From Felis catus (Eukaryota): a stretch of DNA of 64,000 bases. Of the stretch, positions 13,131 to 24,446 are shown piece after piece. The stretch lies in NCBI RefSeq assembly GCF_018350175.1, contig NC_058368.1, forward strand, positions 150,166,001 through 150,230,000, in the 5' to 3' direction. The notes under the pieces were generated by a model. That model ran no database searches, had not been told where the DNA came from, and saw nothing but the letters and a program-made list of their open reading frames with translations. Each line of letters begins with the position of its first letter. Position 1 is the first letter of the stretch. The position numbers and the translations under genes were made by a program.

Positions 13131-13339
13131 GGGGTGCCTGGGTAACTCAGTTAAGCATCTGACTTCAGCTCAGGTCATGATCTCTCAGTTCACAAATTCA
13201 AGCCCCACATCAGGCTCTGTGCTGAGAGCTCAGAGCCTGGAGCCTGCTTCAAGTTCTATGTCGCCCTCTCTCTCTCTGTACTTCCCCCACTTGTGCTCTG
13301 TCAATCTCTCTCTCTCAAAACTAAATAAACATTAAAAAA
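13131..13339 (+). mobile_element. Can-SINE
   Basis: 'ggggtgcctggg...gacttcagctcaggtcatgatctc', (CT)n, aataaa and A tail. Confidence 0.95.
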
Positions 13340-15589
13340 TGGTTTCAAATGTGTTAAAAAATTAAGTCTTAACAAATTTTTGAAAGAACAGTATAATTTC
13401 AAAGTGTTTAACAGAGGAAGTCAGTAACATACATGATATTAAAGTTTGAAAAATCTGGGTATAGGTAATTGAGCAAACTGGAAAATGCCCACTTTATCCT
13501 AAGATATATCTGCTTATATTTGGTTCCTGGAGAGTTAGAGCACAGTCATCTTTTGTTGTACAGTTTGATTAAAATTTTTATCATCTTTTGTTTATGATAT
13601 TTTTATTTTTTCCTGTTTTTTTTTTTTTTTGCTTTTGTTTCTGTTTAAACAAATGTGCCCCGCAATGGTTCAATAAATAAGACAAATGCTGTGACTATAA
13701 AAGCTGCAGTTTGTAATATACCACATCTAGAATCCAGAACAAATGAATTAGACAGAAGTGGTCATTATTCTAATTAAACAATCAGGTAACATCACGACAA
13801 GTTGGTTTGCAGCATCAAAACTGTCCATTTAAGTCCTTTTTCTTAATGATCAGAGAGGCCTCATGTTTTCGCCTGCCTCCTCATCCTGTTTTGTGCGAGA
13901 TCCATTACAGGACGGAAACTTTTTGGACCTCCAACAATGGCAAAACACAGCTTTATCTCCCAAAGCCTCCATGTCAAAAGCATGTTTACTACCTTGGGGC
14001 TGTCTTTCTGGATGTGAGGTTTTACCATAGATCTGTTGTGATGATTTCTAACATTAAACCTTCTGTAGGCTAGATAATCAATCGCAGCTGTGTCAGGAGC
14101 AATGGTACCTGTTGCGATCTATTCAACTCGCACGTAGAAGTCAGACTCATGGCACCGTTGCCTGCAAGGTGTGTGTGCAGGACCCTAAGAACAAACAGGC
14201 TCTCGTGGAAGCAGGGCTGGCGTAAAGGCGTGAAAAGTGGACTAAGCGTACTGATGCCTGGCAGACGCCGAGGTGGGCGGTAAGCACATGTGTGCTTCTG
14301 GTATTTTTAATTATCTAGCTATCCAGCTGTCTTTAATTTTCCAAGCACCCATCCATTCACCCATCCACGCATATTTAATTTTCCTCCTTCCTCGCCTTCC
14401 TTCCACCCTGCAATACCTGTAGGTGCTTACCATGGCCCTATGTTCCTAAACATTGTAATTCTCTAAGAACTTAAAGAATGTTGAAGGAAGGTCTCAAAGA
14501 ATTTTTAGGAGTTACCATCATATTGATAAGACTATGGACACATCTTGTACGTACCTATCAAATCCCAGATGATAAGCAACAGCAAACATGACTCCTCCTT
14601 TTCTCAGTCCGCGTGACAAAACGTAGCTGCCACCGCGTTTGCTGTTCTTCACACTAGTTGCAGTGTCGGGACAACTGCACATTTTCCACAGTGCTCTCTA
14701 GCAAATGTTTTGAAATTTACCCTCCAGAGACCATCTGCTATAAATGGGCTTCAGTGGAGTTAATGAATATTTTATTACTGTCTCGCCTTATTTTGGCTTA
14801 AAATGGAAAACATGGGTTAAGTGTAAAGTGTCAAATTAACAGAAATGCTTCACTGAACCATTCAGTCTCTGAAAAAGTTTTGTTAAGTATATGTGTGTAT
14901 TTCGTGTAATCAGTTTACCATTGTGAATATATGCCAGGGAATACATGAATGACTCAATATGAAATGCCTAATACTTTCTAGGCATAATTTCTGGCACCAT
15001 AAACACATCACTTTTGATTGATTTGAAATAAGGCAGTCATTGACTGGTTGAACGAATCTGATAGGTCATACGTTCTCTAGAAAGTCAAATGCCTTGAGAA
15101 CATTTTCTGCAGTAAAGCTATTCACCACACACCATTTTTTCTGTTGTCACTATTTGATCATCCTTTGCTTTGTGACCGTGTAAAATAGTGCTGAATTTCT
15201 CAAGTTGTTCATTATTTGCCTATGGGAGAATTACTGTGGAGTCTGGGTCAAATTTGGGGCTTTAGCCTTCAAAATTCCTTCTTTCTAAAATAAAGAACCA
15301 ACTATTAGTTGAACTATGTATAGTTACAAAACATCACACCTTTGCATTGCAGCAACAGTGTATATGTTTTCTATGGTTTTAAAAACAGATGAGCTGAAAT
15401 ATCAGGTGAGATTTGATGACTTCATGTTGCTCTGGTCACAAGATGCAGTTAAAAAATATCTGCTGAAGATCTATGTGTCTGAGACAATGTTAAAATTTTC
15501 AGATATATCATCTCACTTTATCTCCCCAATTACAATGATTGATGAGAATGCATATCAGCTACACTTTACAGTTGAGAAGGTGATAGGTC

Positions 15590-15763
15590 AGTCACAGATC
15601 AGGATCTCACAGTGTGTGAGTTTGAGCCCCACATGAGGCTCTGTGCTGACAGTGCAGAGCCTGCTTGGGGTTTTCATTTTCTCTCCCTCTCACTCTGCCC
15701 CTCTCCCTCTCTCTGTCTCTCAAAAAATAAATAGACTTATAAAAAATTACAAAAAAAAAAAAA
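15590..15763 (+). mobile_element. 5'-truncated Can-SINE within a MIR-like remnant
   Basis: 'gatctcacagtgtgtgagtttgagccccac...ctctgtgctgacagtgcagagcctgcttggg', CT tract, poly(A); tRNA-like head absent. Confidence 0.88.
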
Positions 15764-16218
15764 AGGAAGGGCCAAACAGTTTATCCAAGACCACCCACTT
15801 ATAAATTGAGGTTTGGGTTAGTCTAACGCAAAAGCCAATGTTTTGTGTTTTATCATGTGAACTCCAGCCCTTCATAGCCCTTCACATGAATACAGTTATT
15901 TTTAAATTAGAAAGATTAAAAATTCACTTTGCTTTTTAAAAAGAAAAGGCAAAAGGAATAAAAACTGTTTTTTAAAAAAACTTTTTCTGACTTTTTATTA
16001 TGTGATAAACATTGTGTAAGATACTTTCAAATGCTTTGTACTGAATCCCTAAAATAAAAATTAGATTATTTCTATTGTAAATATAACAAGTATGGTTGGA
16101 ATTATGAATTCTAGACTTCATTTCTAGTTAATATAATCCATATTTTTCTTAATTAGGTGGATAATAGATTTTTTTTGACCTCAGGTAAACATTATAGATA
16201 ATGGATGTTTTGCTTTTA

Positions 16219-16447
16219 TTTAAAAAAAATTTTTTTAAGGTTTATTTATTTTTGAGAGAGAGAGCAAGAGAGTGTGTGTGCTTGAGTGGGGGAGGGACAG
16301 AGAGAGAGGTAGACACAGAATCTGAAGCAGGCTCCGGGCTCTGAGCTGTCAGCACAGAGCCCAGCGTGGGGCTCAAACTCATGAACTGCTAGATCATGAC
16401 CTAAGCTGAAGTTGGTAGCTTAACTGACTGAGTCACCCAGAAGCCCC
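16219..16447 (-). mobile_element. Can-SINE with 13-bp TSD
   Basis: Full body; TSD tgttttgctttta at 16206-16218 and 16448-16460. Confidence 0.97.
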
Positions 16448-16499
16448 TGTTTTGCTTTTAGATATCAACAATTGCGACCCCCCCCCCTTTTTTTTGCTA

Positions 16500-16615
16500 G
16501 ATTTATTTATTTGCTTACCAAATTTTCATTGCGTACATATAATAGGCCAGGTACCCTTCTAGGTGCTGGAGATGGAAATAGAAACATCTACCCCTATAGA
16601 ACTTACATTCTACTG
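16500..16615 (-). mobile_element. L2 3'-end fragment
   Basis: 'aataggccaggtacccttctaggtgctggagat...gaacttacattcta' matches the antisense L2 tail. Confidence 0.6.
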
Positions 16616-18026
16616 AATTTATCTCTAGAACCAACTCATACACTACCTGGAAAAATATTAGTTACAGGTAATATGCCTATTTGACAATCTTCACCTACCA
16701 TTAGTTTGATTCAAGAGTTCAGGATCATCAAAACATCAAACTTAAATTGTATCTTAATCTGCCAATTGGTAAAACAATTTCTTCCTTTGGCTTTTTTTTT
16801 TTTAATTTCAAGAAAATCATTAGAATAAAGTGCTCATATGTTTACCTGAAACAGACTTCCCTTCAGTCAACAAATAACATCAACAGCAAATTCTGAGACT
16901 AAGTAGGTGGCTATATTATTGAGCTTCTTTTAATTGTTTTTGGCAGTCATCTCTCTTATATTCCTTTGCTTTCTTATCCTTACCTCTATGCCTAAGGCCT
17001 AACACACCCGCTTTATATGGGGGTTATCTCGTACCTTCTTACATTCATTCTTTTTTTTTTTTCTATTCCTAGTGACATTTCTCCGTTTCTCCATTATTTT
17101 CTTGCATCTGAATGCATGGAATGAAAAGTTTCAAAGTTGTTATGTGTGTGAAGGAGTCTTGTTTCTGTGGTTACAATGCTATCATATAATAATGTGATGT
17201 TTCAGGATATATATTAATCTGTTACAAGTTTCACTCAGTCCTTAAAATTCATCATTACATATATAAACCGGTTGCCTTCATTCTCTGATTACTTGAACAG
17301 TTTAACAAGATGGAAAAGTACAGAAAATTAGAGGACATTGCCCCACAAAGTACAAATATTATACCCACCCTAGACAAAAGCAGGAAGTTCAGAAAAAAAA
17401 TGGGGGGGAGATAATTTCCAAGAAAGCTATATAAATGCTTTTTCTTTAAGCTAAACACAGATGAGCATGAAAATAGAAAAACTGTTATTAGGTAGAAAGC
17501 AGAATTTATTTAACCTTTTCTGGTTGTGGGTAATTGGCACAGAAAGGAAACTTTGATCCCACGACTTGTGGGTACAAGAGCTGGAGTTGTTTTCTTCTTG
17601 CCAGAGCCACGGCATCAAAGAAAGATGCTTAAAACATGTTTAAAAACATGTTCCTAGTAGTAGACTTGCAGAATTGGAAAGCTTAGCCTGAAATTGCAGC
17701 ACTTGCCTATCTCTGTGCATTAGAACACAGAAATAGAAACAGCTTATTATCTAGAATTATAATTGGCGAATATTCTAAACTTTTAAAATCAAAACTTTGA
17801 ACAGCATGCTATTAGCTTATCAAGTTTCACTTGAGTAAGCAGTTGACATGAACTGGATTGGATCAACGTGCTAAGGGACATGGATGATGCTCATGGAATG
17901 ACACAGAGCCGTATGAGTAAAGAGGAAACAGTTACACCGGAACAGCCCCAGAGACATTGTGCCTAGTTACACCTTAACTAAAGATGATTATTACACCAGG
18001 CACTCCTTCCCTCTTTCCCTCCTTAT

Positions 18027-18068
18027 TTCCTTCCTTCCTTCCTTCCTTCCTTCCTTCCTTCCTTCCTT
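18027..18068. repeat. (TTCC)n microsatellite
   Basis: About 10 tandem TTCC units. Confidence 0.95.
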
Positions 18069-18204
18069 TAGATTGCATAATTTATTAATATCTATACACT
18101 GTGATAGGTTTTAGAGATACAACAGTGAACAAAAACCACAGAATCTCCTCCTCAGAACTCACACCTTAGTTATTTATGTATATTTTTCATAGTTTGGTAA
18201 TATT

Positions 18205-18920
18205 AGTATAGAGGTAGAGACTCTTTGCTACCTACCCCATATCCACTGAACCCTTTTTTCCTTTTAAAGAAATTTGGGGTGCCTGGGTGGCTTAGTCAGT
18301 TGAGTATCTGACTTCAGCTCAGGTCACGATCTCACGGTTTGTGAGTTCGAGCCCTGCATCGGGCTGTGTGCTGACAGCTCGGAGACTGGAGCCTGCTTTG
18401 GATTCTGTGTCTCCCTCTCTCTCTGCCCCTCCCCTGCTCATGCTGTCTCTCTCTGTCTCTCAATAATAAATAAACATTAAAAAAATTTTTTTTACATAAA
18501 GAAATCTCTGTTATTGAGGGTGCCAATGTAGACAGATAAAACATTTCCCATCTTTCCTTTAAAAGAGAGTTATCCAACAAAATGTAAGCAAAGGTCAATG
18601 GATGAGTTTCCCAGCAAACTTCTTTAACTGAGGGCTACATCCTTGTGCACTTTGTCCTTCTTCCTTCCTACTATATGGAACATGGATATGATGGCTGGAG
18701 CTGAAGCAGTTATTTTAAAACCATGAGACAACTTGAACACGGAAACAATATTCTAAAAATGTAGAGGGGAAAAAAATCAAAGGAGCCTGATTTGGGCCAA
18801 AGATCAGGAAAGCCTGCCTATGAATTTCCACTACATGAAAAATAAAGTCGTATGTGCTTCTTAAATTATTTCAGTTTTTAAAAATATGCCATTCTTTCTA
18901 ATTATGACAGATACCCAAAT
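18205..18920 (+). mobile_element. MaLR LTR (MLT1J/K-like), interrupted by a SINE
   Basis: 'atatgatggctggagctgaagcagttattttaaaaccatgag' and 'tacatgaaaaataaa' are typical MLT1 motifs. Confidence 0.55.
18276..18496 (+). mobile_element. Can-SINE
   Basis: Full body; flanking direct repeat taaagaaat at 18265-18273 and 18497-18505. Confidence 0.97.
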
Positions 18921-19572
18921 ATACATATATATATGTGTATATATATGTATATGTACAAAAGACATAAATTCTAACACAAACACAAATTTATACACATATA
19001 ATGAGATGTTATTCCAAATGGGGACTTGTTTATTTTCAGTCAAAACTTCCACAAACCCCTGCCATTCCAGCTTTAAAAGTTTTTCTGTTGAAAGACTGCT
19101 TGAAATGTTTTGAGGAAAGATGCCCAACTAGAGAAACTGGTTGGCCATTCTATGCAATTTTTGGTATTCAGAAGGGATAAACTAGTCAAGAGGAGGAGCC
19201 CCTTACCCACTGAAGTTCAAGATAAGCTACTCCTGTTATGACATCTTCTACATTTGCTTTGATTTCAGTTCTACCATTTTCTAAATTCTTAGAGCATATC
19301 TTCTATGTCATCAAATTCATTGTTGAATTAACCGCCTTTTAGTAATTGTCATTGTTTATAGGTATCTTCTCTCTTCAGTAAAATTACCCTTGCAAAGAAG
19401 AACAGTATCTCTTCATGTTATGTTAGCCACCAGGCTGAGACTAGGACAAGCTATTCAAGTATTAACTAGGTGATCATATGACATGGTATTTTGATTTGGA
19501 ATATTTAAGGTTTCTTTGTTTTTTTTTTTTGTTTGTTTTGTTTTTTGTTTTTTTTTTTTTTTAAGGGTGCTT

Positions 19573-19702
19573 GGGGAAAACCTGGGTGGCTCAGGCAGTT
19601 AAGCCTCTGATTCTTGGTTTCAGCTCAGGTCATGATCTCATGGTTTGTGAGATCAGGCCTTGCACTTGGTTCCACACTGGTGGTGCAAAGCCTGCTTGGG
19701 AT

Positions 19703-19745
<43 letters not shown>

Positions 19746-19825
19746 CCCACACACACACTCCACACATGCACATGTGCACACTCTATCCCTCTCTCTCAAA
19801 ATAAATAAAATAAACTTTTAAAAAA
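19573..19825 (+). mobile_element. Can-SINE, older subfamily with 'tcttggttt' insert
   Basis: 'cctgggtggctcag...gattcttggtttcagctcaggtcatgatctc', (CT)n(CA)n, A-rich tail. Confidence 0.93.
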
Positions 19826-19871
19826 TGTTAAAAGGTATTTATATGAGCACTTCTTATAAGATAAATGTTTT

Positions 19872-20081
19872 TTTTTAATATTTACTTCTTTTTGAGAGAG
19901 AGAGAGAGACAGAGCCTGAGCAGGGGAGGGGCAGAGAGAGAGGGAGACACATAATCTGAAGCAGGCTCCAGGCTCTGAGCTGTCAGCACAGAGTCCAATG
20001 CAGGGCTGGAACACATGAACCGTGAGATCATGACCTCAGCTGAAGTCAGACACTTAACCCACTGAGCCACCCAGCTGCCCC
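19872..20081 (-). mobile_element. Can-SINE with 14-bp TSD
   Basis: Full body; TSD aagataaatgtttt at 19858-19871 and 20082-20095. Confidence 0.97.
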
Positions 20082-20211
20082 AAGATAAATGTTTTCTGAA
20101 AACACATAAAAGTTTCATCTCTTGTTACAACCTACAAGAGCATTTTTAGAAGAATGTCTTTTGGGGACACCTCAGTGACAAGTTTAGTGATAATAATCAA
20201 TAGGCTGCTCT

Positions 20212-20990
20212 TCCATTCTTTCATTCAGCAGATCTTTCTTGAGGACCCTCTACCCAGCAAGCATTGATCTAAGCTGGAGGGGAGGGGAGGGGTGAGACGG
20301 ATGGGATGGTAGTAAGGCAAAAACTGCACCACAAAGAACTATTCTAACTGGAAAAGCAGACTACAAACAAGTATTTCGAATGTATAATATAATTCTATAT
20401 CATGAGAATAAAAAGTTCTCGAAATAATTTAAAGCAGAATGGTAGAAAAGAAAATGATAGGAAGAACTATTTTTCCACGTGGAGGTAGCAAAGCCAACAA
20501 AACGAAGCTCTGGAAAATGGCTTGCAGGTCCCCAGTTAGAGATGCCCTGGGTTTATCCCAGAAATAGCCAGAAGTCTAGTATGTCTGGACAGCCATGAGT
20601 GAGGCGTAGTGCTAGGGGAGGGGCACCCAGAGAGAGGCAGGGAACAGATTGCTCAAGATTTCGGGGGTGAAAGTAAGAGTTTGCATTGTACTCCAAAGGT
20701 AATGGTAAGTGACCAGAAAGTTTTAATCAGGGCAATGCATTATCAGATTTACATATTAAATTGTTCTTCTGGCTCCAAGATAAAGGACAGAGTGTTTGAG
20801 ATGCTGAAAGGAAACTGAGAGACCAGGTAGTAGATGACAAAGGAAGAAAGAATGTGGAGTGGACTGAGGAGAGTAGTGTTGAGAAGTCAAAAGGGGCGAC
20901 ATTCAGCAAATACTCAGCTAGTAGAACTGAGAAGACTTGCTGATGTAGGCGATGTGGTGGCAATATTTTGGTTAGAGTCAACATATAGAG
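20212..20990 (-). mobile_element. L2 fragment
   Basis: Starts 'cattctttcattcagcagatctttcttgag...'; purine-rich antisense L2 motifs 'ttttaatcagggcaatgcattatcagattt' and 'agaagacttgctgatg'. Confidence 0.65.
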
Positions 20991-23571
20991 CAGATGAAAT
21001 CCAGAGTGACAATATAACGCACTGAGGTACTCAATAAAATGTTCTCATTTCATCCAGAGAGAACAAAGCTTTCCTTAAAACATTTTGCCTTTCAACTGTC
21101 ACCGGATAAAGGGAGTCAGAGAATACTATTAAGAATTCTTATTGGCGGTGAGTATTTCTTTTAAGTGGCTAATCAGGAGGTAGAGGGAGAAAAAATAAAG
21201 AATGATAAGTTGTAGGACGATCATTATTTTGTAAACAATGTAAACGATCTGGATTCTAAATTATAAATGTTGAATATTGCTACTTTTATTTTGCCTCAGA
21301 CCTTCACTTTGTCCCCTGGCAACTGGCAATTTTAATTATAGTAAGAAAATTTTTTAAAAAAATTGACAACTTAAAAATGTATAAAACCAGATTGGATAAG
21401 TTGAAAGTGCTCAGTAGGATGCTAGGTATATTTTATTTTTGAATTATTGGGTACCATCAGAAAGATAGACATTCAGAGGAAGGAGCACATACCAGAAGAT
21501 TGACAGCTTTGCGAATGGCTTGAAAGGTAGGAGAAAGATATATTTTAAAGAATACCAGAGAAAAGGAGTGAAACCTCCCAAATGTAGAGAACTCGGTGAT
21601 TAAGTGTGTTGTCAATAGCTTCTGACAGTAGGCATGCAGTGAGACTTTGGGTATTTCACAAACTGGCATTTTTGCACCACACAGATAAACACAAATCAAC
21701 TATTTTGCTCACTGAGTTTGATGAGTTTACTCCATTTCCTCTATAGTCAACACTACTAGGATTTAATGGTATTTATTGTTGATTCCACTGGGAATCTGGA
21801 ATCCAACCTATCTGGAATATAGCTGATTTGTGACAGATCACAGTGAGAGGTGAATCCACCGGTGATGGATAGGTAGGCAGGTAGGTAGGTAGACAGGCAC
21901 TGGGGCCACTGTGGCCAGATTGTTGTATCCAAAGAAGGTGAAAATATTTTCTATGCCCTTGTGTAAAATTCCCAGTTTATTTTTATACGATAGCTCTTAC
22001 TTAGACAGTCTTTTCAATTTTAGAAATTAAAAACCAAAAAGGAACTGATGAACAAAATAACTTCACAGAAATCATTTTGGAAGCACTCAAATTTTAACAC
22101 TCAATTCTCATTAAAAGTCTCAATGTGGGAAACTTCTAAAAGTGAATCAAGATCAAATGATATCAGCAGTAACAGTTTTTGCCAAGATAAAGCCTGACCT
22201 TTCTAACTTAAGCTAGGTTATCAGGTTCACTGGAGAGAATAATGGAACTTGTCGTTGGAACTAGTAGTTAGCAATTAGGGACTGTGCATTATAATAATTT
22301 CATTTAGCATTTGAACAACTTTAAGATGTGATTATTATCTCCTTTTCATAAGATAAAGAAACAGATTCAAAAAGATAAATATTATCTGGGACTTGTAAAG
22401 AAAAGTAAATGGTGGAACAGTGATTTACACTCACCCTTTTTGTGGTATTCCTACACCCTTCTTGCAGTAGGGAATCTTCATTGGACTGAAAGGAATGGTT
22501 AGAAGGTAAATTTCAGCTCCTAGAAAGGAAGCACCTTCTGTCTATTAAACACTCTTCAAGCAAAGCAGACTTTCTCAGGAGATCTCTTCCGGCTGCAACA
22601 TCAAATGAGTCTACTATGATATTCTATAATCATGATAAAATAAACTAAGAATGGGATTTTTATCATGCAATTCAATGTATTATAAAAAAAATAGTCAGGT
22701 AGGTATATATCACCCTTAACAGCACCCGGGGAAGGCAAGGAAAGATGGGCCCGTAACCCCTTCACCACTGTGCGACTACACCAGACTGATGCTGTTCATC
22801 TTCAGTTGCCTTGCAGGGCAATAAGGGAAGACACCAGAGTCGGATTGTGAGTTACCAGCCACAGGGAGCTACACATGAATTAATTCATGTTTTGTCCAGA
22901 TCAACCAGTAAGAGAAAAATGCACCAGAGTTTTGTGGGGTCACAACTGCCAACCTTATCTTCTCCAACTTTTGAAATAGAGATCTGATATTTACTTTGCA
23001 TCTTCACAAAAGCATACTCTGTCTTCTGAAGGAAACTGAAGTGAAATTACCTGGCTAGTAATTAGGCAAACAAAATTGGCCTGGCTAGTGACTCAAGGTA
23101 CTCTGGATTGTTATGAATCCAATACAAATTTATTTAAGAGGGAAAAAAAATGCTACTCTAATCTAACCACAAATGTCCTTATCACATAGATACTTCTCAT
23201 TCAGCTGATGCATTAGAACCATACCAGTTATATTCCTATTTCTTGAGAAGTTGCACTTTATCTAATTTGTTTACATTTTGACCTTCGCCAATAGTTCTGA
23301 TCAATTTATTTGTAACTGTTACATTCATACATAAATAGAAGCTATAGTTCTACCATTAAATAATATCTACTTAAATTTCAGGTATTATGGCTACTGATAG
23401 TGACAAGAAAATTAACAGAAATCTGAAATATATCTCAAGATGCTATGAAATATATTTGCCTCTGCCCTTCAACTTCAGATAAACTGTGCTTTATATCTTC
23501 ATTATTAATGCATATTATCTGACATGAATATTAAAATACGAGCATTTACAGAAGAAATATAAACTGCATTT

Positions 23572-24216
23572 ACTACCAACATTGGCAGGGATGTGCAGGA
23601 ACTAGAACTTGCTTACACTGTTGGAAGAAATATAAAATGGTTCAACCACTTTGGTAAATAGTTTTGAAGTTTCTTAAAATTTTAAATATACATCTACCAA
23701 ATGATCCATTCATTCCACCCTGACTATGCACTCAGGGTGTAAACATACCCATCTGTCAAAGATTTATACACAAGTGTTCATAGCAGCTTCATTTTTTATA
23801 GCCCCAAACTGGAAACAACACAAATGTCCATCCACAGGTGAAGAGATAAACAAATGTGGAGGATGCATATTATGAAATACTATTCAACAATTAAAAGGAA
23901 TGAATTATTGATGTGTGCTACAATCTGGGTGAATCCCAAAATTATGCTTAGCGAAAGCAGTACATACTGTAGGATTACAGTTATGAAATGAGAAAAAAAT
24001 ATGCAAACTAATTTATAGTGGCAGAAAGCAGATCAATGGTTGCCTGGGTAACCAGGTGGGGAAAAGGAGGGATTACCAAGTAACCCAAGGAAATTTTGAG
24101 GAGTGAGGGATATGTTCATGATCTTGGTTTTGGTGACATTTTAATGTGTTAATATATATTTCAAACCTTATATTCTACTCTTCTAATATGTAAAGTTTAT
24201 ATATGTCCATTATATC
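23572..24216 (+). mobile_element. Old L1 3' end (L1MC/L1MD-like); terminus continues at about 30095-30112
   Basis: 'atagccccaaactggaaacaacacaaatgtcc', 'cagaaagcagatcaatggttgcctggg', 'gggatatgttcatgatcttggttttggtga'. Confidence 0.85.
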
Positions 24217-24446
24217 TTTTTTTTTCAATATATGAAATTTATTGTCAAATTGGTTTCCATACAACACCCAGTGCTCATCCCAATAGGTGCCCTCCTCAAT
24301 ACCCATCACCTACCCTCCCCTCCTTCCCACCCCCCATCAACACTCAGTTTGTTCTCAGTTTTTAAGAGTCTCTTATGCTTTGGCTCTCTCCCACTCTAAC
24401 CTCTTTTTTTTTCCTTCCCCTCCCCCATGGGTTTCTGTTAAGTTTC

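Noticed and set aside
19511..19562. Long T-rich tract as a body-less retroposed tail
   Set aside because: No convincing TSD of its own; best treated as a simple repeat beside a SINE
21461..21526. Possible 66-nt plus-strand exon (cag...AAG|GTAGGA)
   Set aside because: Stops in all three frames and a weak acceptor
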